In this document: piece by piece, positions 1 through 12,959 of the stretch
How the letters are laid out: the number at the start of each line of letters is the position of its first letter
How positions within the stretch are numbered: the stretch's first letter is position 1
NCBI RefSeq assembly: GCF_036321535.1
Contig: NC_087437.1
Location: 42,596,001-42,660,000, forward strand
Source of the DNA: Camelus dromedarius
Taxonomy: Eukaryota
Length of the DNA stretch: 64,000 nt
Reading direction: 5' to 3'
The notes under the pieces: generated by a model
Told to the model about the DNA's origin: nothing
What the model saw: the letters and a program-made list of their open reading frames with translations, nothing else
Database searches by the model: none
Translations under genes and position numbers: made by a program

Positions 1-1719
1 AGCAAGTTGCAGGAGAAACAGTTTTCTTTCTGAAGAAAAATTGCTTTCTTTGTCCTTCTTTAAAATAAACAATGGGGCTCGTTGTAGGAAAATGGTGCAG
101 TGACTCAACTCCAAAGAGCAGAAACGGCTGCAGCCTGCTCGGGAACATAGTCCATCAGTGTAATTTCCCAAAACATCAGGAAAATAAAAATAATGGAAGG
201 CGATGGTGCTTTGTTAGCTTGATTGTTGGATGCATAACAAAACAGGAAGTGCTCCACGTGGATAGGGTGACTAGGGAAAGAATCTAACTGACTGCTAATA
301 GTCACCCCGCCTCCTCCCCACATCCTCTGCCCCAAGCCAACAGCAGTTTTTGGTTATCAGGAAACTGTAGATTAATATTTTACGTATACAAGCTGGCGGT
401 TTTTGAGAGATAAAGTGAAAAAGAAATAAAGATGAACAAACGCCAGCAGGAGTGCTTTAATGCTCTTGCTTTATGGAAGTAATGAAAAATGAACGAATTA
501 GCTTACATCGAGTGCTAGTAAGGGCTAAATCTAAAGGGAAGTAGCCCTCTCATGGAGACGTCAGGCGTGGTCACAGGGCTCCTGAGCTGCTGGGGAGGGT
601 GTAGTAAAATGGCCAAGACAGAAGCTAAGACCTCACACAGGTACAGTGAAGGTTAGGTAAATAGCAAGTTCACATGAAGGCTTCAGCCAGAGAATTGTCC
701 AGATTTCATAGCAGGTACTGATAAATGTTTGGCAAGTAAGTTGCACAATCTCGTACTGCTGAAAAGCAGAGTCCAAGTATTTGGAGTGCATTTCCAATTG
801 ATATAACATATTAGAAACATTAATTGCAAAGAAAAGGGGTAGGAAACACATATTATTGTTCATTCCAAATGTGCGTATGTAAACATTTTTTATGCTTCAT
901 TTGGAGGAAATTAAAAGTTAAATTAACGAGGTATTCCAAACATGGTCAGTTAGGGCATTTTTTTGGCAAGTCAGCCTGTGAAGGCAGCTTCATGCATGGC
1001 AAGAGATTTTATTATTTTAACTCTTTAACATTTACCCCAGGAAGCACAGCACATAAGGTTTTAAACTGACAGCAGCCAATAAAGTTAATGAATGGAAAAG
1101 CACAGTAGCATTTGGTAGCATGTGAAATAATTAGGACAAAAATCAGAGGAGGGAAAATACCATTAGAGCAGAGCTACTGGTTGACTTGGGTTGATGTTCA
1201 GTGAGATTAAAAGCCACTGGGTAGGAAGGGTGGGGGAGTATTTTAGATAACAACTCTTAAAGTGCCAGTATCATCCTTGTTTGGTCATGTGTGGTATGCC
1301 CAGCAAAGGAGTCTCTAAACGTAAGGAAGCTGGCGTCAGAATGTAAGGAGAATCACTGCCTGAGATGTAGAAACCTCCCTCGTACTGGGAATGTCCTTGT
1401 CTCCTTCACCAACTCTCTCTGCCCCACCACCCCCATGGTGAGAGGTGAAAATTGACGTTCCCAGGGAATCCCTACTGTGGGCAGTAGATCAAGTCCATGT
1501 CTGGAAATGACACCTCTAATCCTGCCTTTGTGAGTAGCTCTGAGCACATCAGTGACATAAACAAAAGAATTAGACGTCCACAGGATATTTGCACAGTCTT
1601 CATTTTAGAAGAAATATGTAATTTCAAAGTACACAGCTTTTATAAAGAAAAAGGTCCAGAAAACAGTTTTGTCAAAACAAACTGAAACAAATACAAATAA
1701 AACTTCTAAAATCCCTAAA

Positions 1720-1875
1720 ACTTTACGAGGTGCTTCAACATGGATTATATACTTTTGGTCTCACAACAACACTGTGAGGTGGGCCTGGCAGATACCAGCC
1801 TGCTTAAAAATGAGAAAAAAACGCTCATAGGTAAAGTGACTTCTCCTAGGGTTACACAGCCAGAGCACAGCCTTG
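1720..1875 (-). mobile_element. MIR SINE fragment
   Basis: Reverse MIR core: ctcacaacaacactgtgaggt...aaatgag...aagtgactt...ggttacacagc. Confidence 0.65.
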
Positions 1876-2795
1876 CACAAAAGGCTTTATCTACAGGTGT
1901 CATGAGCTAGGGTAACAACTAATAAGGACACTGTGATGCCTTGCACTCAGGTGGGTGGCATTTCACATCTGACAAGAGAAAACACACCTCCGGGGATCCT
2001 GGAAACACTGTTGAGGGATTCCTGGGTCACAGTTAATGGTACCATGGGGGGATAATTTCTGCTCACTGACTCATTACTTGCTTCATTAAGCTAGGTTACC
2101 TTTGCAGCCAATTTTATTCAGCCCTGCTTTATGAAGCCGTGTTTGGGCATCTAATAAGAAATCTAGAAGCCAATATTTGGACATACTTGTGGTCCCTGGG
2201 TACCTTTGGGCTCACTCGCTTCAATTTCATTAAAGCTCTTTGAGACAGTCTTCTAAAAACTGTTATTTCCCTTAGAAGCAAACATTAAGAAAGTTGATGA
2301 ATTTCCTTGCAGTTAGCAAAGTGGTAGTGACTTACTCTAAAGAAGACTGAGTTATTCATTAGATGCTAAGAAGCTTGTTAATTATGGTTTTCAAATCCCC
2401 TTTATAGACACACAGATACATGCATATACACATTTCTGAGTGGCCAGAATGCCCCTTGAAACGTGAGAAGAAAATGAGTTAAGAGCATTTAAAAAGTGTG
2501 TGATGCCGAGATAGGCCTAACCCGCATTCACAACACGGGGAGATCTGAGTTGACCACAGATGATGATGTGGTCGGTCTCCTGACAACTAGCAAGGTATGG
2601 CAGATATCTCCCCAAAGAGCCAGGAAACAGACAGATCACTTCCACAACACCCAGCACACTGGGACTGCAAGGTTGACCGTGCGCAGATGAGGTGAAATAA
2701 TACTGCATGGTGATAGTTCTTGTTTACAAGGCTTCCACTGCTTGCAAGGGTCTGAATATGACAGTAATGATATGTGTGGATCTCTAATTAGGATG

Positions 2796-2821
2796 GTGTG
2801 TGTGTGTGTGTGTGTGTGTGT
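2796..2821. repeat. (GT)n microsatellite
   Basis: About 13 GT units read directly. Confidence 0.95.
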
Positions 2822-2889
2822 CTTAGAAGGTTGTGATAGAGGGTTAATTGAAGAACAGGATCCTAAATTTGCAGGAGAGTCAGTGAGGC

Positions 2890-3455
2890 TGCTATAAACC
2901 AGATGTTTGTGTCCACCCAAAATTCGTATGTTGAATCTAACAGCATATGGATAAGCTCTGCCTCTGCCCTCCTGTCAGCCTGAGGTGACCTTGGGCCCTA
3001 GCGCTGGCTGGCTGGGCCACCAGCTTCCCTCCCCTGACTTTGGGGGGTCCACATCCACTCTAGGGGGGGTGTCCTTCCCTCATCTTCTCACACAGACCTT
3101 TGCTGAATTAAGGTTTGTAAATATATGGTTTTAAAGAGAAAAAAAAAGGGGTGTATTTGGAGGTGGGGGCTTTGGGAGGTAATTAGGGTTAGATGAGGTC
3201 ATGAGGGTGGGGCCCTCATGATGGAATTAGTGATCTTACAAGAAGAGACACTGGAGAGCTTGCTCTCTGCCATGTCAGGACACAGAGAGAAGGTGGCCAG
3301 TTGCAAGTCAGGAAGAGGATCTTTGTCAGAACCTGACCACATTGGCACCCTGATCTCAGACTTTTCACTTCTAGAACTGGGAGAAAATACATTTCTGTTG
3401 TTTAAGTCATCTAGTCTATGGTATCTTGTAATGACAGCCCCAGATGACTAAGGTA
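2890..3455 (+). mobile_element. MaLR solo LTR (MLT1A-like), interrupted by a ~205 bp foreign insert
   Basis: tgctat...gtttgtgtccacccaaaattcgtatgttgaa start; gaggtaattagggttagatgaggtcatgagggtggggccctcatgatgg core; gactaagg end; flanks gaggc/gaggt as 5-bp TSD. Confidence 0.85.
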
Positions 3456-4471
3456 GAGGTGGATTTATTATTACTAGAAATATAGGGGAGATAATTGAGT
3501 AGAGCACAGTTGTGGGGAAGGGAAAGTTATGTGGTAGGAAAATCAGTAAAATGTGCTTTTGGATTTGTAGTGCCTAGAATTACAAATCAGGCAAATAGAT
3601 TAGGGGTTTTATAGCCTTTCTAAAATGCTGAATAATGCTACTGAGCGGATAAACTGCTGAACAGATGTTAAGTAGCTGTTTGTGATGACCCCCTTGGTTC
3701 CCCTTGTAAGGTAAGAACATCAAATCAATGATGTAATACAAAAGCCACAAAAAGAAAATTCTTTGAAATTTCCAGCTTAAAGGCCTTTTGAAAAATATTT
3801 TAAAAGGGGAAACTTCAGCCTTTATAGCCTGTTAATGAGAAGTTCCCTTTATGTACTTTCAGTACAATGACTTAAATTTTGTAAAATAGCACAGTGTAAT
3901 TCAGGTCTTATTTGGGGCTTTTTAAGACTGAAAAGTAGGAAGGGCATATTTCCCCTGAGTCAGAGAAAGAGATTAGATAATTTACCTTAAGAGTATATGA
4001 AGATCAATTGCCAGTTTTTAGAGTAGTGTCCAATTTATCAATATGGTGTGAAGGAATTAACTTGAAAAGCTCTGAATTCTTGTGCAGGTAATGAAATGAT
4101 TATATGCAATAGCCCAATACATGAAATAGGGAAAACACTGTGTTTACTAAAATTTTGTTATTGATTTGAAGTGAAAAATTCAATTCAACCTTCAATTAGA
4201 TATCAAGAAGGCACAAAGAAAGGGCTCTTTAAAGAGGTATTAGCTTAATAAATGCTGGAAATTGCAAAGTGTAGCATTGTAATTAATATGTTTTAAAATA
4301 AAAAAGGAATACAATCATTTGCTAAACTTTGCTTGGTTTTGCAAATGAGATTTACTGCGAAAGTTTCTAAAATCCTCCTACACTTGCAATATTTGTACCG
4401 TCAACTTTCCATACTTCTAGAATTGTCTCATATTTATATGCTGAACAGATATAAAAGACTCATATACCTAC

Positions 4472-4584
4472 ATTCAATTGGGTGCTTCTGATAAAATCCA
4501 ATATTGGCAAAATTCGCTTCCCCATTGTCTCCATGTGTCTCACTGTGTCTTCTCTGGTTAGCAGACCGAAGGGAGTTTTATGTT
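4472..4584 (-). CDS. SPATA16: SPATA16 internal coding exon (about exon 8), EHKTPFGLLTREDTVRHMETMGKRILPILDFIRSTQLN
   Basis: Minus strand ...ttgttacaatttttag|AACATAAAACT...CAATTGAAT|gtaggt; 113 nt, phase 1 to phase 0; translated by hand, absent from the ORF track in this frame. Confidence 0.95.
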
Positions 4585-5639
4585 CTAAAAATTGTAACAA
4601 TAAACTTTTATACAATTTTTTTCCCCAGACTTCCATTTCAGAATGCTTTTCTTTAGCAAGCTATAAAGCGATATCTCAATATTAATAGATATGAAATCTA
4701 TAGTATAGAAACTAGACTCCCATCTCAAAGACCACAAGTATAATAATGAAAGATCTATGAGGAGACATTGCCCTTTAGAGACAATCATTTATTCATGTTG
4801 TTGTGTTTCCTGATTGAGCTATCTATGAGACAGCCTATAACAATTCACCTCTCTCTGCAGAGTATGTTTTTCCTGAGTTGTGAAAAAAGGTTGTCATAAA
4901 TGTGTCTGATTCTTGTCTTGTTCCTCCCAGGTATTATTCAAGTGTGCATATCCCACTGACTTTGAATGTAGCTCGAAGTTGAGATAAGCCTCTGAGGATA
5001 GAGTACCAGACAAAACACAAATCCCTAATTATGTGGGTAGAGCGGAAGAAGTAAATTCAACCTGGGCATGAATTCAGCCCACGAGTCTGAGACTTTCACT
5101 CTACGTGAAAATTTTCTTGATTTTTGAAAATTTCAATGGACTTACTGAGCACCATTTACTATAATACTCTTCAGGAGATCTAAGAGCTTGGTGAGCTACA
5201 TAAGAAAAGAGTAGACCAGGTATTAATACAATGGCAGATAATCCAAATGATTGAACGTTGTTGTTGGCTATATTTTTGATTTCATATAATTGTTTTGTTA
5301 CATAATTTTCTTGTACGGTTGCTAATTGCTAATGACAAAAGGTTGTGTTCTTTAAGTGCCCTGTGACTAGGCATTGGTGATAGTGTGGCTGGGGTGAGAG
5401 GGTTGGGATGATGGAGGTGGGCACTCTGGGATTATGCTTGGTCTTGGGGGAACCAGAATTCCAGGTATTGTTAACTAACCCACAAATAAGATCGGAAGGA
5501 CTTACATATGATCCAACAAACATTTTTTGGCACAAAGGCCCTACTATATGCTAGGCCTTGTGATGAATAAGACTTGATGAATAATGTGCAACCCCTGCCT
5601 TATAACAGAAGTGACAGATAGTAAGTCCAGGTGATTTAC

Positions 5640-5786
5640 CTGTGAATGTTGGTAACTTCCTACTTGATACTTTTTCCAAAAATTTCCCATCTTCTTTGCT
5701 TTTGAACCCAAGAGTCAAGAGATATTGTTGGGGAGGAAAAGATGACCAGTCAACTGTCTGAGGCAACATGTGGAATCCTTGAAGAT
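5640..5786 (-). CDS. SPATA16: SPATA16 internal coding exon (about exon 7), DLQGFHMLPQTVDWSSFPPQQYLLTLGFKSKEDGKFLEKVSSRKLPTFT
   Basis: Minus strand ...ctgtcatatttcag|ATCTTCAAGG...TTCACAG|gtaaat; 147 nt, phase 1 to phase 1; overlaps ORF 5551..5769. Confidence 0.97.
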
Positions 5787-6329
5787 CTGAAATATGACAG
5801 AAAAAGAACTAAAGAATTTATCATTTTATTGTTTTCAGGGTATTGTTTTCTCCCTAGACTTTAAGTATTATACTTGAAAAAAATGATAAATACAAAAATT
5901 AAAGATACAAAGTAAAAGTATGTGCTCAAAAGATGAAATATATGATATATCAAGTTCATATTTCTTAAATATAAACATACACAAAGAATAGCAATAAAAT
6001 ATGGCTAGATTATGTGGTCCTCTTTCCCCATAAAAATAGTAAGAAATTCAGGACCAGCTTATGGGCTTAGTATCTTTCTGTGTGTCTTTTTGAGAGAATT
6101 TGATTTTTTCTGTCCACAGTTTAAGATTTAAGGAAATAATGTTATAGGAAAGGAAAGAGAAAAATTACTACGTAAGAATGAAGATATAAGGCTAGTTACT
6201 TTAGTTGCCACCCCTCCTACAGTTGAAGGAAATTTAAAATGATAAATGTACTGACTTCTGTAATTAGACTTAGAAATAATTTGTATCATGAAAATGCTTC
6301 TAAAACGCCCTCCAATCTTAATGACCAGA

Positions 6330-6852
6330 AGAGCTAATATTTACTGAGTACTTATTTTCTACCTCTCTTGTTTTAAGTACTTTGTACACATTCTTTTTAT
6401 TAAAAATTTTTTTAAATTGAAGTATAGTTGATTTACAATATTGTGTTAGTTTTCAGATGTACAGTAAAATGACTCAGTTATGTATACATACATATATTCA
6501 GATTATCTTTCATTTTAGGGTGTAACTAGATATTGAATATAGCTCCCTGTGCTATACAGTAAGTCCTTGTTGTTCATCTATTTTATGTGTAGTACTTTGT
6601 ATCTGTTAATCTCGTCCTCCTAGTTTATCCCTCCCCTCCCTTTCCCCTTTGGTAGCCATGAGTTTGTTTTGTATGTATTGTCTTTAAATCCTTATGATAA
6701 CTTTATGGAACTGGTGCTGTTGTCCTTACTTTACAAATAGAAGTTTGAGGTCCACAGACAGGAGGTGGCTTGTCTGGAAACACAGCCTCTAAGTGGACAG
6801 AGCAGGACTGACGCCTGACGCCAGAGACCCTGGGCCTAACCACTGCACTCTA
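6330..6852 (-). mobile_element. MIR split by a 5'-truncated L1 3' end (L1 about 6393-6680, minus strand)
   Basis: MIR halves (gctaatatttactgagtact... / aatccttatgataac...ttacaaatagaag...cacagcc) flank an L1 tail (ttttttaaattgaagtatagttgatttacaatattgtgttag...ccctccctttcccctttggta). Confidence 0.8.
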
Positions 6853-7642
6853 CTTTGGGCTTGCTTGGCTTTGAATCACTTTTGGGAGAGGGACAGATGT
6901 CAACCATGGGTCTTGGAGGCCAGATTTACTTAATTCATCCCCATTCTGACTAATAATGTTTTGGTTTATGGCCACAGACTTCTCAGATGAAGGATGATGA
7001 ACAGAGGGTCTAACGAGTCCTCCCTCCTTAACAATGCCAGAGAGGGAAAATGATGAAATTCCAGATATCCTTGAATCATGATCGAAAGGTCCATTTTTAA
7101 TGTAGAATCAGAACTCAAATGGCATTGGTTCAAATACTTTCTTCACTCTTTATCTGTAGTATTTCTTTAAAAAAGTAATAGACCTAGTAGTCCATGAATA
7201 TTTTTACCTATCTTCTCTGACTCCCCTACCCGCCTTGTTAGCTGCAGAACCCTTTGTTCAAACTGAAATTTACTGAGAAGCTCAATATTTAAAATCAGTA
7301 AAGGTAGAGCCGTTCCATTTGAAGCCTGGATCACTGACCACCCACTGTCCTCACTGTACCCCATTCAATACCTGCCCCACACAGACGCCACCTTGAAATT
7401 CTCCACAGAACCCCAGTTTTTCAAAGCACAGTTTGGGAAACGCTACAGTAAGCTATCTGGCACATTTTGGTTAAGTAAACTACAATCAGCTGTCAAATAG
7501 TGTTAACATGTATGCTAATTATTATAAGAATTAAAATATTACAGAGTATCTTTTAAACACATGCACAGCACAAAAATATATTAAGTTTGGTTTAATCTTT
7601 CTTTGGTGACTCAGGATCAGGTAATCACTAAATATTATGGAG

Positions 7643-7862
7643 GGCTAACATTTATCTGGCACTCCTTCTGTGCCATACACTTTACAGGGTTACCTTTCTT
7701 ACTCAACAACCATGTAGAACAGGGTATATTATTTTGCTCGCCTTAACAGGTGACCAGACTGGAGCTTCAGGAAGTTACCAGCTTGCCCAGGGTTACACAG
7801 TAAGCGAATGGAGGGGTCGGAATTGAGAGTCAGGCAGCTGGCCATCAAAGCACAGGGCTTAC
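7643..7862 (-). mobile_element. MIR SINE
   Basis: gctaacatttat...caacaacc...ttaacaggtga...cttgcccagggttacacag. Confidence 0.7.
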
Positions 7863-8245
7863 ATCTCAAAATGATCCCATGATGATGATCATCACTCTGA
7901 TGGTCAGTGCGAAGCATGTTACCGAAACAGGGCAATGCCAGTGCACAGATGCTTTCAACAGGCACACTTCTAGACCGCACACTTCCTTACTCTATCTAGC
8001 AAAGTACAGCAAAGGCCCAAGAGGTCTCAGAACTAAGAGTGACTTTTTAAGCACATTAACACGTAGACTGAAGTATTAGATGCTTCTTCAGTTGGTGTTT
8101 GAATTCCAAACCACCTCATTTTAAAAGGACAGCTCATTTCTATAAAAAAGGTAAAAAAAATGATTCAAAAGTGTAGAAAGTTTCTTTTGGTTTGAAATCT
8201 GCTACAGATAATCAGACACACCCAACCTAATACTGTCTTGCTCTC

Positions 8246-8405
8246 AGTAACCTGTAATGAAAAAGAATATGAAAAGGAATATATGTATGTATATGTATGA
8301 CTAAAACATTATGCTGTGCACCAGAAATTGATACAACATTGTAAACTAACTATACTTTAATAAAAAGATAAATAAAGTAAATTTAAGTTTTTAATACAAA
8401 AAAAT
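8246..8405 (+). mobile_element. L1 3'-end fragment with A-rich tail and decayed target-site duplication
   Basis: gaaaaagaatatgaaaaggaatatatgtatg...acaacattgtaaactaactatactttaataaaaa; flanks tactgtcttgctctc (8231-8245) and tactatcctgccctc (8406-8420), 12/15 identical. Confidence 0.85.
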
Positions 8406-8741
8406 TACTATCCTGCCCTCTAAAATAAGAGAAGTGTTTAACCAGTTTTACTGAAGTTGCCAATAACTGGGTCATGTGAAAAGACAACTAAGTAAAAATA
8501 AAATGGACGCTAGCTTGCTCTTCTGATAAATGGTCATCACATTTCTTTTGATTGTGGTTCATCCCTTAGCATTCTCTAAGATTCTGGCGTTTCTAAATTG
8601 TTGGCATTTTCAGGAATCAGTGTACTGTGGAAGTGGAGGGCAGGAGAAGTTCTGTGTTCCTGGCTATGGTTTGCTCTTCAGTCTGGTTTTGCTCCCTAAC
8701 TAAGAAGGCCCCAGGGCCCCCCAGCCATGCTGGTAATGAAG

Positions 8742-8777
8742 TCTGGGGCCATCCTCTGGGGCCATCCTCTGGGGCCA
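8742..8777. repeat. 13-bp tandem repeat (tctggggccatcc), 2.8 copies
   Basis: tctggggccatcc tctggggccatcc tctggggcca read directly. Confidence 0.9.
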
Positions 8778-10109
8778 AGCTTGGCTTCCTGGGTGACCCT
8801 GGATGTGCAGAGGCCCCCTGCATAGCTGTGGGTTTGGCTGCTCTGACTTCCTCACAGACTCAGAGTATATGTAGCTTGTTGACATAGAAGCCTCTGGATC
8901 CCAGGTACCCTGAAGCCTCCTGTCAGCACCTACTTCCAGTTCGGAGAGAGGGTTCCCTGCAGGACTTCTCCATGTCTTTAAAGCCTCCATCGAAATGCTC
9001 TTAGAGGCCCTGGAATCCTGAAGTTCAGAATAGTTTATGCTGTGCTATGCATGGGCTGCTGTTTGCAGCGGGTTGCAGGAGGCATCCTGAGATTTGGCAT
9101 TTGCTGATGCAGCTCTGCTGCCAGAAGCAGCCACTGTTTGAAGGGTCTGTTATATAAATAATATGTAAGACTGTGAGAGCTTGACCTCTTCTTGGTCTTA
9201 AATATTTGGTGGATAAAGAGGAGACCTGTAGTGAGTGACTGTGGTTAGATCAACTGGAGAAATTAATATCAGCACTGTAGGTAATTTATTATGAAATGTT
9301 CTTGCAAGAATATAAGTATTTTCTGTTCCTGTTGATACTATATGTTTCATCCTGTTAGTGTTCAATGCATTGTTAACTTCTAGTTGAAATTTTAAAATGT
9401 GAGAGGCCCCTACATACATACTGTTAAATTAAAAAAAAAACTTTTAAAGTATCATTTTTATTCCATTTGTATGCAGAATAAATTGCAGTTGTATGAACAT
9501 TTAGCCTAACAGGTGGTCTATGACCCAAAATGACGACACACTTACCAGATGTTGAAACTCATGTAACATTAACTTGAGTGCTAATTGTTCTCAATTTTAT
9601 GCTCATAAACCTCTACCTACGTCCGAAAAGCCCTATGCCTCTGATGGATGTGAAAGTTAACCATAATATATTGTCCTTTGGTAGGAAAGCTGAACTGATT
9701 AAAAATGTCTTCTTTGCTCCTGTCATGTTAGAAGAAAACTTGGGAGAAATAAATCCCTTAATGCATTCCTTTATAATTGATCACCACTGAAGATGAAATT
9801 TAGATGACTGTGACCAAATTTATTATTAAAAAATCAGTTTGCAGGCATGACGCAGTTCCAGATTTTTACCATTAGGGAAGCAGATGTTTTAAAAAAGAAT
9901 ATCAAAGGTAGATTATGCAGATTAAATTTCTCATAGAAACCTAATCTTTCTTTTCCCTCCAAATGAAAGATGTCTAACTCTCAGCAAAAGAGGATAAAGT
10001 TTGCCCTTTACCAAGAAGCTTTCATTGTACCACAGAAGGCTGGAACTGACCAGTTTTTAGGTACTCAAGTCGTTCATGCTCTTTGACCTTCTGTACTTGC
10101 CATCCTCCC

Positions 10110-11332
10110 TACTTGAAGTCACCTCCGTGGAATTCAGTGATAGTTCTTCTCTTTTGATCTCTGACACTGCCTCTCTCTCTGTCTGTCTGTCTCCCCCTCT
10201 CTCCTACACACATACATGCCACTTTCTCTTTCTCTCTTTCTCCTCCTGCCTCTCAAGTCAATGCTCCTCCAAGCTGTCTCTGGCTCAGTGATATGTTCTT
10301 CACAAGAACGCTCTTGGGGGAATGACTCCATTCTTGGGGCATTAGCTAATATTTCTAATCAAAAGACTGGGGATCAAAGTTACAGTCTCTGCAAAATTTC
10401 ACCAGTTTCAAACACAGTATTTCCAAATATCTACTGGGACATGGCTGTTTTCTCTCCATTACAAACGTTACCTCAAATACAGCAAACATATTCTTCGAAA
10501 GTGATTTTTCAAAGTCTACAATCTCCCTCTCCCCCGCTTTTCACCAATGTATGGTAATGATAGCCATCGTTCACCCAATTATTCTGACTTAAAAATTTGA
10601 AGGCATTGTTGACTTTTCTTTCCTCATATTCCCTGACATTTAGTGAATCTCAGAAACTCATTAAATCTGCCCGTTGTAATACAACTCATATTAACCCTTT
10701 TCTCTGCATTATCATTGCTACCACCCTGGTCACATTTCTGATCACATAGCGTCTGGATTCCAGAAGACGTTTCCCAACAAGCCTCACTGCCACCGGTACC
10801 ATTTCATGCCCCCCACACCATCACCTGGTGAATATTTCTGGAGCATCACCTTTGTCCTTGTCACAGCCTTCCTCATGAGCTTCAGTGCTTCTTTCCCAGT
10901 ATTCAAGGCTCTCAACTGTGTGTGTGTGTTTCACAGTCTACTTAATTCCTATGTTTTCTCCAGTATAAACCTTTCTCATCAGCCTGTGCTTATCCTGCCT
11001 CTGAACTTTTCTTTGTGCTTTTCCCCCTAGTCACACCTACCTATTCTTCCCATTTTCCCTTTATTCAGTTAGTCACTGTCCTTCCAAATGTGCCTAATTT
11101 AAGTCCCACTGAGTTCATAAAGGGTTCCCTGGGTATGTCAGTACCCACTGTCCCCCCACTTCAAACTCTTAACGAACATCTGTACCATTCACTCCAGAGT
11201 GAATCTCCTGATGTTTCATGGGGGCATGTCCCTTCTTTCCAGTAAGTTTTAATCCTCTCAGAGATCACATCTTCAGGTTATCTTCCTGCCTCAAGCATCT
11301 CGTAAATGCTCAATCAATACTTGAGTTGAATC
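10110..11332 (+). mobile_element. Degraded L2 LINE, 3' portion
   Basis: Pyrimidine-rich L2-like ORF2/3'UTR text ending in an L2 tail (aaatgctcaatcaatacttgagttgaat). Confidence 0.65.
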
Positions 11333-12959
11333 TAAAAAACAAACTTTTCTAAATCCTGAAATTTTAAGTCTAAATAAGAATAGAATTGCAAAAAAAAAAA
11401 AAAAGAGATGTTCAGAGCTTCTGAGATATGATTTATTTCTCCGCCACTGAACTTAGAAAAGAATATCACACAGTCTTAATTCTTCATTTTACCTAAACCT
11501 TCAGTGGTTTCTGTCCCATTTAAGAAGGGTGAGTGAGGTAAAATAATCTGTATCAGATAACTCTGTGGACTAGATGCTCAAACGAGCAGAGTAGCTTTAC
11601 CAAGATGGAAAAATGAGTTTCAGACTCAGGTTGGGCCCTTGCTGCAGCCTGTTTTATAGGAAATATGGACTCTTAGTCACAAAAGAAGATGGGATTAACA
11701 GAGAGTCTGGCTTCATGAACCTATCGGCAGCACCGAAAAGCATCTGTGAAAATGTAAAATACTGATTGTAGATCAGCAGACTTATCTATGTATATATGAG
11801 AGACAGCTTATTTTGTATGAAGTTAAATATCTATCAAATAAAATCTGAGCTCTCTGGACATAACATAGAAAACATAGATGCCATGATCATCAGTATTTTC
11901 TGTTGGACACCTCATTGTAACCACAGCCGAGAGACTGTGAACAAACTTTTCAAAGCAGTTTTTTAAAAAAGAAAAATCATAGAGTTTTTAAAACTCCTTG
12001 AGAAATATGCAGATTTGTTAGGGGTCTGTCATCACCTTTCTCTAAGTGTCATTTCCTTCTCTGTTTTCCAGTGCCTGTGTCATTTCTCTGCCCTTTGTCC
12101 ATTACAAAATGTTCTGACATTTTGGGTTAGAGCAAAATCTCATTTCTAAAGGTCCCAGTTGTTCAGTGTGAGATGGGACCATGTCAGTTTTATACGACTT
12201 CTTTTTAGTGATCAGTTTCAGAGTTTAGCTTCTCCAGTCCCTTCATAATGCCAACACTTTGTCATTACTTCTCTCCCAATCATTTTCTGAGTTTTATCTT
12301 GTACTCCTTTTAATGCCAATACTTCTATCTTGGAAGTTATCCACAAATTCACATCAGCAAGAAAATAGCAAAAGGCAGCAACTTTGCAGCTAACTTATCA
12401 TTATTGCCCCCCATAAATAATAAAGCAGTTTCCACTTTTAAAAACGTAGATAGCATATTTTGATTTTTGCATTTGATGTGTGAGAAAGCTATAATGTATA
12501 ATGAATCTTTGTATAATAAATTATATTTTCCCTTTGACCTTCATTATAATTTCAGAGTTATAGATGCAAGGGAAAAAAATTGGTTTTCATTCCTAGGATT
12601 CCTGATTTTTACTTCAGGCTGCTGGTCTACTTCTCAAAGCCAGTCTTTGTATATATAAATTTCCTCTCATAGCCCATGTACAAACTTGGAAAAATTAACA
12701 ATTGCACTAAATTTTTATGCATAGTTCATTTTTATTTCACTTGGGATTCTTATTGATTCCAAACTTTTATGTTTATTCAGTTGTATTTATTCTGGGGAAG
12801 TTCCTTAATTCCATCCCCACCAAAGTAGATTTGAGACAAACAAACATGAAAGATACTGCTATTTCCTTCAATGTTTATTAGATTCACAGTTAATGAAATA
12901 ATAAATTGTTACTATAATTCCCTTAAATGGCTGTAATTTTACAGCCATTGGAATGAACA

